This document shows, in pieces, positions 57,926 to 64,000 of a DNA stretch of 64,000 bases. The stretch lies in the IMG/VR virus record IMGVR_UViG_3300042397_001048. One strand, 5' to 3'. Every line of letters begins with the position of its first letter. Within the stretch, counting starts at the first letter, position 1. The notes beneath the pieces were generated by a model. That model searched no databases. It saw only the letters and a list, made by a program, of their open reading frames with translations, and was not told the origin of the DNA. Position numbers and translations under genes: made by a program. The stretch comes from an uncultured virus (IMG/VR IMGVR_UViG_3300042397_001048) (taxonomy: Duplodnaviria > Heunggongvirae > Uroviricota > Caudoviricetes > Crassvirales).

Positions 57926-58140
57926 GATGTACAAATGTATAAAATAGAGGGGGCTTACGACTATATATAAAAACTTACTTAGTGCTTTTTTATTTTTTTT
58001 TCGTTTTCCCCTTTTATTTTCTACATTTTGTACACTAAAGAATATAAATAACTAATAATCAATTAGTTATCCATGTAAACTTTAAAATATTTTGTACACT
58101 TTTTATACATAAAAATGTACAACTTTATAAATAATCCAAT
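57926..58140. repeat. Origin-like element, copy 2
   Basis: Four TGTACA, T-tracts and IHF-consensus AATCAATTAGTTA at 58057-58069; shares exact blocks with 47900-48220. Confidence 0.7.
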
Positions 58141-58158
58141 TAATCAAAGAAAAGTACA

Positions 58159-60531
58159 ATGGAAGTAACAATCTTTCGCAACATAAAAGAGACTGCTGTA
58201 CCTTTCCATAAAGATGTGCTGGATATACTAGTTCGCATCAAGGAAGGTAAGACTAAGGATCTTGTAAGAAAGATAAGGCTTGAGAAGAATAAGGAGGAAC
58301 GCAACAAACTTAAGCAGGATTTACCTGCGATATGTTTCTCCGGTAAGTTCTCTAAGCGTGATGATGCATCATTGCTTAAGCACAGTGGCCTTATCTGTTT
58401 AGACTTTGACAACTTTGCTAGTCATGCCGAGATGCTGGCTAAGAAAGAAGAACTGTCGGCTGACAACTACACATTCTCTGTGTTTGTCTCGCCATCAGGT
58501 AACGGGTTAAAGGTATTGGTTAAGATACCAACTAACCCTGAGAAGCATAAGGCATACTTCAATGCTTTAGAAAAGTATTACAACTGCTCTGAGTTTGATG
58601 TGACATCTAAGAACATATCACGTGTGTGCTATGAGTCTTACGACCCGACTATCTATGTGAATATACATTCGCATGAGTGGAATCAAATAGACGAAGGCGA
58701 GATTGACCACGTGACTAAGGACCAACGTCCTACTATACCTATCGATGACGAGGATGAGATTATCTCACGCCTAGCTAAATGGTGGGAAGGTAAGTATGGC
58801 TTTGTGAATGGCTCAAGAAACAATAACCTATTCATCTTAGCTTCAGCTTTCAACCAGTACGGGGTGACTAAGTCTGAGGCTATGTACAGACTGATGGCGT
58901 TCGCATCAGAAGACTTTAACTCCAAGGAGATTCAGTCTGTCATCGAGTCGGCATACAAGCTAAAGGACCAGCATGCAACCAAATACTTTGAGGACACACA
59001 CAAGGTCAACGAGGTGAAGGTGCAGTTAAATCGTGGCGTGCCAAAAAAGGATGTCCGTTCTCAATTGAAAGCCTCCGGGGTGGAGGACGGAACTATTGAT
59101 TCAGTCTTAACTAAGATTGAAGAGGAGGAAAGCAAGAATATATTTTGGACTAAGAGCGATAAGGGTGTGGTGACTTTGATACACTACGACCTTAAGCGTT
59201 TCTTGGAAGAGAATGGGTATCGTAAGTATGTGCCTGAGGGTAACAAAGGATTCATATTTGTACGTATCAATCAGAACCTGATAGAGATGTGCAGTGAGGA
59301 TGACATCAAAGACTTTGTGCTCAACCATATACTAACTAATTTCCAAGACTTAAGCGTGTACAATTTCTTTGCAGACAAGACTCGATTCTTTAGGGAAGAC
59401 TTTCTGTCGATGCTAGATTCCATCTCAATTTATTTTGTTGAGGATACAAAGGATGAGGCGTACCTATACTACCGCAATGGCGTGGTGAAGGTTACAAAGA
59501 ATGAGGTGATACTACTTAACTACGAGGATCTTGGCGGGTACATTTGGTCGGACCAGGTGATACAGCGAGACTTTATATTCTGTCCCTCAGATGAGTGTGA
59601 CTACAAAACATTTATACGCAACATTGGCGGGCATAATGACAAGCGTGTCTCATCCATCGAGTCGACCATTGGCTATGTCCTGCATGCGTTCAAGAACGGT
59701 GGGTATTGCCCTGCGGTGATTATTAATGACGAGGTGATATCTGAGAACCCTGAGGGTGGCACAGGCAAGGGCTTGTTCATGAACGGCATTAGTCGCATGA
59801 AGAAGTTGGTGACCATTGATGGTAAGTCATTCTCTTTCGACAAATCATTTTCTTATCAGTTGGTGACAACAGACACGCAGGTGCTAGTGTTCGATGACGT
59901 GAAGAAGAACTTTGACTTCGAGCGATTATTCTCTGTCATCACTGAGGGTATAACTATTGAGCGCAAGAACAAGGATGCAATTAAGATTCCATTCCATAAG
60001 TCACCTAAGGTGGTGATAACAACTAACTACGCTATCCAAGGTAAGGGTAACTCATTTGAGAGGCGTAAGTGGGAGATGGAGTTCAAGCAGTTCTACAGCA
60101 AAGACTTCACGCCACAGGACGAGTTCGGTAGATTGCTGTTTAATGATTGGAATGTAGACGATTGGTGTGCATTTGACAACTACATGGTCAAGGTGCTAAA
60201 AAGCTACTTGCACACTGGGCTAATCAAGTGCGAGTTTGTCAACCTTAAGGAGCGCAAGTTCAGGGCTGAGACTAACGCTGAGTTTGTTGAGTGGATAGCA
60301 GAGTTTGGTTCAACGGTCGTGCCGTTCAATGAGAAGTTCAGACCTGACAAGGCGTTTGATAAGTTCATCATTGACAACAATGGCATGTTCAGAATGCTGT
60401 CCAAGCAGAGATTTAATTCTTGGCTACGTACGTATGCATTGCATAAGACAGGTCGCAATCCTGAGGAGGGTCGTGATGCTGCTGGAAAGTGGATGACAAT
60501 TGAGTATAAAGAACAATTAGAACTTTTATAA
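58159..60531 (+). CDS. Primase-helicase: VirE-N-type primase, PriCT and SF3-like helicase
   Basis: K..LP...FSG.F..R...HSGLICLDFD, F.SPSGNGLK, R.CY.SYDP, GSRNN.LF, Walker A GGTGKG and FDD motifs. Confidence 0.9.
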   Translation: MEVTIFRNIKETAVPFHKDVLDILVRIKEGKTKDLVRKIRLEKNKEERNKLKQDLPAICFSGKFSKRDDASLLKHSGLICLDFDNFASHAEMLAKKEELSADNYTFSVFVSPSGNGLKVLVKIPTNPEKHKAYFNALEKYYNCSEFDVTSKNISRVCYESYDPTIYVNIHSHEWNQIDEGEIDHVTKDQRPTIPIDDEDEIISRLAKWWEGKYGFVNGSRNNNLFILASAFNQYGVTKSEAMYRLMAFASEDFNSKEIQSVIESAYKLKDQHATKYFEDTHKVNEVKVQLNRGVPKKDVRSQLKASGVEDGTIDSVLTKIEEEESKNIFWTKSDKGVVTLIHYDLKRFLEENGYRKYVPEGNKGFIFVRINQNLIEMCSEDDIKDFVLNHILTNFQDLSVYNFFADKTRFFREDFLSMLDSISIYFVEDTKDEAYLYYRNGVVKVTKNEVILLNYEDLGGYIWSDQVIQRDFIFCPSDECDYKTFIRNIGGHNDKRVSSIESTIGYVLHAFKNGGYCPAVIINDEVISENPEGGTGKGLFMNGISRMKKLVTIDGKSFSFDKSFSYQLVTTDTQVLVFDDVKKNFDFERLFSVITEGITIERKNKDAIKIPFHKSPKVVITTNYAIQGKGNSFERRKWEMEFKQFYSKDFTPQDEFGRLLFNDWNVDDWCAFDNYMVKVLKSYLHTGLIKCEFVNLKERKFRAETNAEFVEWIAEFGSTVVPFNEKFRPDKAFDKFIIDNNGMFRMLSKQRFNSWLRTYALHKTGRNPEEGRDAAGKWMTIEYKEQLELL

Positions 60532-60532
60532 A

Positions 60533-60757
60533 ATGGAAACTAAACAAACGGCAATTGATTGGTTAATTGAAGAATTAGGAGAATATTTTCCACACGAAAT
60601 TGGAGGTATTCATTTAATGGTTGAAAAAGCCAAACAAATTGAGAAAGAGCAGATAGTTAAAGCGCACAATGATGGGTCTCTCATGGCTTACACTATACCA
60701 TTTAACGCACCATTTATAAAAGGCGAAGAATACTACGAAGAAAACTATGGCAAATAA
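60533..60757 (+). CDS. Hypothetical phage protein
   Basis: KQTAIDWL...AKQIEKEQI..A...EEYY pattern. Confidence 0.65.
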   Translation: METKQTAIDWLIEELGEYFPHEIGGIHLMVEKAKQIEKEQIVKAHNDGSLMAYTIPFNAPFIKGEEYYEENYGK

Positions 60758-61019
60758 CACGACAAAAAGTTTAATCAATAAGACAAAGAAATATCTCAAG
60801 GAGAAGAACTTGTCTTTCATTAATGTTAATGATTCGCACAACCTTATGGTGCTAAAGGCATCGGGTGAGTACCACTACTTAGTCATCCAGTTTTTTGAGA
60901 TGCCTGAGAGATGGATGTACCAACGTAGACACTTTAATATTAAGACAGCCTACGCAATTGATTACCAACAACTAACTAACGCTATAAATAGATACCTAGA
61001 TGCCGTACCTAAATCATAA
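60747..61019 (+). CDS. Hypothetical protein
   Basis: 90-aa ORF overlapping its neighbours. Confidence 0.55.
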   Translation: MANNTTKSLINKTKKYLKEKNLSFINVNDSHNLMVLKASGEYHYLVIQFFEMPERWMYQRRHFNIKTAYAIDYQQLTNAINRYLDAVPKS

Positions 61020-61635
61020 TATACCAACGCTTACGTGTTTTATTAGAAATGAATTCTTGTTTAACAACACCAAAGGTCACGGAGAACTTACTCTTTGTGA
61101 TGTACACTCGGTAGCATCTATTGAAAAGAGAGTACCATTGTTTGAGGCGTTCCTTGAGAACGGAGTTAACTGGACAAGAAGACCTATCCATGCATTCTGT
61201 TGGAAGAAAGATGCTGAGGAGCTACCGCTAACTGAGTATATCTATTGGGACTGCTTTAGTTCATACGTTGACGTTCAGGTACGAGCTCGGATGTCGGGAC
61301 TTAGAGCTGACCTCATTTCTATATCAGGGGTGAAAAGACAGGGCACATATCTATTTACATTAGACTGGGCATTTGAGAATAGAAGTATGTTAGATACTAA
61401 TTTCTCTGAGACTCCTGAGCACAAGTGTGGTCACGTGTTTAAGATGGACAATGGTAACTACTTTATCTATCCAAACAATAGGATCATTTGGATGGACAAT
61501 GCTTGGACTTACAACAGGATAGATAAGAACCCGGGGTATCAGATAGACATGACAGTTTATTCGATAGAGAATAAGACTAGTTATGAAACAGACTACAACT
61601 ACTTAACAGAGTTTAAACCAGAAGATAATGCCTGA
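61000..61635 (+). CDS. Conserved hypothetical phage protein
   Basis: YLNHNIP, WDCFS, YLFTLDW and EHKCGH..DNGN...YPNNRI motifs. Confidence 0.75.
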   Translation: MPYLNHNIPTLTCFIRNEFLFNNTKGHGELTLCDVHSVASIEKRVPLFEAFLENGVNWTRRPIHAFCWKKDAEELPLTEYIYWDCFSSYVDVQVRARMSGLRADLISISGVKRQGTYLFTLDWAFENRSMLDTNFSETPEHKCGHVFKMDNGNYFIYPNNRIIWMDNAWTYNRIDKNPGYQIDMTVYSIENKTSYETDYNYLTEFKPEDNA

Positions 61636-61825
61636 CATAACAAAATGCGATGGGGATGGTTGCCCAATGAAAGAAACCTGTTATAGGTTTACTTCAGAAC
61701 CGAGCGAGTTCATGCAATCATATTTTATGAATGCTCCGATTAAAGAAGACAATACTTGTGAATATTATTGGCCAAACGAAGATGACAACAAAAGAAAAAA
61801 CAAAAGAAGAACTTGGCATTATTAA
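61628..61825 (+). CDS. Small Cys-rich protein
   Basis: MPDITKC.G..CP.KE.CYRFT...QSYF...CEYYW. Confidence 0.65.
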   Translation: MPDITKCDGDGCPMKETCYRFTSEPSEFMQSYFMNAPIKEDNTCEYYWPNEDDNKRKNKRRTWHY

Positions 61826-62342
61826 TGCACATACAAGAAAAATGTTAGACCATATGGATATGAGATATACGTATGTTCATGGTTATGATAGATTGTATAG
61901 ACTATATGCTGATGGAGAAATATGGTCTGTTCGATTAGGTAAATTTATTTCCCAAGAATTAGCAAGAGGGTATAATAGAGTATCATTATCTATTAATGGT
62001 GAAGTAAAAAGATTTCAAGTTCACAGATTAGTGGCTATGCATTTTATACCTAATCCTAATAAAAAGCCTTGTGTTAATCATAAGAATGGAGACAAGACTG
62101 ATAATGTAATACTTAACCTTGAATGGTGTACCTATAGTGAAAATGAAAAACATTCTTATGATGAGTTAGGTAAGATTAATCCAATCCGAAAACTTACTAT
62201 TAGCGATGTTGATGATATAAAACACAATGCAAAAAAAGGTGTTAATCAGTCTAATAAGGGCAATATAGATGAGTATGCATCTAAATACAATGTTAATAGA
62301 AGTACAATACTAAACGTTTTGAAAGGTAAATATTATGGTTAA
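61782..62342 (+). CDS. HNH homing endonuclease
   Basis: VHRLVA.HFIPNP...VNHKNGDKTDN...NLEWCT.SEN. Confidence 0.9.
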   Translation: MTTKEKTKEELGIINAHTRKMLDHMDMRYTYVHGYDRLYRLYADGEIWSVRLGKFISQELARGYNRVSLSINGEVKRFQVHRLVAMHFIPNPNKKPCVNHKNGDKTDNVILNLEWCTYSENEKHSYDELGKINPIRKLTISDVDDIKHNAKKGVNQSNKGNIDEYASKYNVNRSTILNVLKGKYYG

Positions 62343-63570
62343 GCTCCGAGATTACCAAAAAAAAATAGCTGACGATGGCGTTGATATCATAAATAAATAT
62401 GGATTACTTTATCTTGCTTTACAAGTACGTGTTGGCAAGACCATGACCTCATTAGCTATCTGCGATAAGTTAAAATGTGATGATGTTCTGTTTATCACGA
62501 AGCTTAAGGTTGTGCCAGGCATACAGAAAGACCACAAGGATTTGGGATGTAAGTTTAAACTTACATGTTTAAATTATGAGTCATTACATAAACTTGAAGG
62601 TTTAAATTTTGATGTGATTATTTGCGATGAAGCTCACACCTTAGGAGCATTCCCTAAGCCTAGCAAGCGTGCCAAGCAAGTCAAAGACTTAGTCAAGAAG
62701 TATAAGTCTAAAGTTATATTTTTGTCGGGCACACCAACACCTGAGTCGCATAGTCAGATGTACCATCAGTTGTACGTGCATCCTAACAACCCGTTCAAGG
62801 AGTATGTAAACTTTTACCGGTGGGCTAACGATCACGTGAGAGTGAAGATAAAATACATCGGAGCCATGAAGGTTAACGATTACTCGGAAGCCTTAAAAGA
62901 TAAGATAATGGAGAAGGTTAATCCGCTGATGATTACCTATACGCAGGAGGCTGCTGGGTTTGAATCTAAGATTAAAGAGATTGTCTATTATGTCCCAATG
63001 AAAGACTCGACGTATATTATGTGTGGTAGACTAAAGAAGGACTTAGTCATACAAGGTAAGGACGATGTAATCTTGGCCGACACAGGTGCAAAACTTATGA
63101 ACAAGTTACATCAGATGTACAGTGGAACCATCATACTCGAGTCAGGTAAAAGGCAAGTGCTTGATGACACGAAGGCTCAGTTTATTCTCAGGGCTTTTCA
63201 TGGTAAGAAGATTGGTATCTTCTACAAGTTTAAGGCTGAGTGGGATTTGCTTAAGAGTGTTTACGGTGATGACTTGACTGATGACCTGGAGGAGTTTAAT
63301 GCTACTGATAAGAACATTGCTCTTCAGATTGTCTCAGGTCGTGAAGGTATTAGCCTTCGCAATGCGGATGTGCTCGTGTACTTTAACATTGACTTCTCTG
63401 CTGTTTCTTATTGGCAGTCACGTGATAGGATGACCACTATTGATCGCAAGTTCAATGAAGTCTACTGGATATTTGCTAGGGGTGGTATTGAGGATAAGAT
63501 TTACAAGACTGTATTAGAAAAAAAGGATTATACCTTATCTTATTTCAAGAAAGATTTTTTATCTTCGTGA
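62335..63570 (+). CDS. SF2 (SNF2-like) helicase
   Basis: LRDYQ, VRVGKT, DEAH, LSGTP, GREGISL and QSRDR motifs. Confidence 0.88.
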   Translation: MVKLRDYQKKIADDGVDIINKYGLLYLALQVRVGKTMTSLAICDKLKCDDVLFITKLKVVPGIQKDHKDLGCKFKLTCLNYESLHKLEGLNFDVIICDEAHTLGAFPKPSKRAKQVKDLVKKYKSKVIFLSGTPTPESHSQMYHQLYVHPNNPFKEYVNFYRWANDHVRVKIKYIGAMKVNDYSEALKDKIMEKVNPLMITYTQEAAGFESKIKEIVYYVPMKDSTYIMCGRLKKDLVIQGKDDVILADTGAKLMNKLHQMYSGTIILESGKRQVLDDTKAQFILRAFHGKKIGIFYKFKAEWDLLKSVYGDDLTDDLEEFNATDKNIALQIVSGREGISLRNADVLVYFNIDFSAVSYWQSRDRMTTIDRKFNEVYWIFARGGIEDKIYKTVLEKKDYTLSYFKKDFLSS

Positions 63571-63573
63571 CGC

Positions 63574-63816
63574 ATGACTGAGCAACAAATACAATCTAAA
63601 AGAATCAAGCAACTTGAAGCAGAGGGATACTACGTCATCAAGATTATCAAGGCAAACAAGAATGGCCTTCCTGATATCTTGGCTTTACACCCTGACAAAG
63701 GAGTCTTGTTCTCTGAGGTCAAAACACCGGAAGGTAGATTATCAAAATTACAGGAGTATAGACTTAAAGAACTACAAGAATATGGATTCCGTTGTGAAGT
63801 ATTTAGAGGGAGTTGA
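63574..63816 (+). CDS. VRR-NUC nuclease
   Basis: EQQIQ, GLPDI and EVKT..GRLS.LQ motifs. Confidence 0.88.
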   Translation: MTEQQIQSKRIKQLEAEGYYVIKIIKANKNGLPDILALHPDKGVLFSEVKTPEGRLSKLQEYRLKELQEYGFRCEVFRGS

Positions 63817-64000
63817 GTTGGTTATCATGCCATCTAGCGTTTTTAAATGGATTGAATCTTTTGATGATGACATATTCGACCAGTTTATGGATGCCATATC
63901 TCATTTTGATAATCAGTTTGAAGAAGAGACAGAGATAGTATTCCCAATTAATGGCAAGACCGTTGAGTATTTTAAGCTAGAGGTTGGACATGGATTTATT
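63782..64000 (+). CDS. Hypothetical protein, truncated at the right edge
   Basis: Open frame from MDSVVKYLEG to the window end. Confidence 0.5.
   Translation, partial: MDSVVKYLEGVELVIMPSSVFKWIESFDDDIFDQFMDAISHFDNQFEEETEIVFPINGKTVEYFKLEVGHGFI

Noticed and set aside
1..64000. Stop-codon reassignment as in some crAss-like phages
   Set aside because: Core genes are intact under the standard code, and both TAG and TGA serve as normal stops.
1..64000. tRNA, rRNA or integrase genes
   Set aside because: None was recognised by eye; tRNAscan-SE or Infernal would be needed to exclude RNA genes.

Overview
The window is part of a tailed dsDNA phage genome. The host is probably Bacteroidota, judging from repeated TAnnTTTG promoter boxes, A-rich starts without Shine-Dalgarno motifs, and BACON and VirE-N domains. 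Head and tail gene order is podovirus-like and resembles crAss-related phages. Positions 1-48.4 kb are mostly minus strand and carry GroEL/GroES, small basic proteins, a lysis cassette, three tail-fibre genes, terminase, portal, scaffold, major capsid, tail rings, muzzle and ejection proteins. Positions 49-64 kb are plus strand and carry early microproteins, a C5 methyltransferase, recombination genes, a primase-helicase, HNH nucleases, an SF2 helicase and a VRR-NUC nuclease. The main candidate new system is virion protein O-glycosylation. The muzzle gene carries a BACON domain and an extension of about 1000 aa with mucin-like Pro/Thr/Ser tracts and Cys-rich domains. It is followed by three glycosyltransferases, one resembling plant peptidyl-Ser/Hyp O-glycosyltransferases. 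A second possible pair is a (Gly-Thr-Ser)n fibre and a tri-domain GT ending in a TibC/Aah-like heptosyltransferase. Features missed by the ORF track include a probable -1 shift product at an A11 run, a nested 43-aa gene inside the giant ejection gene, and a duplicated origin-like element, one copy of which sits beside a gene made of two primase C-terminal domains. All family assignments come from motif recognition by eye; no database search was run.
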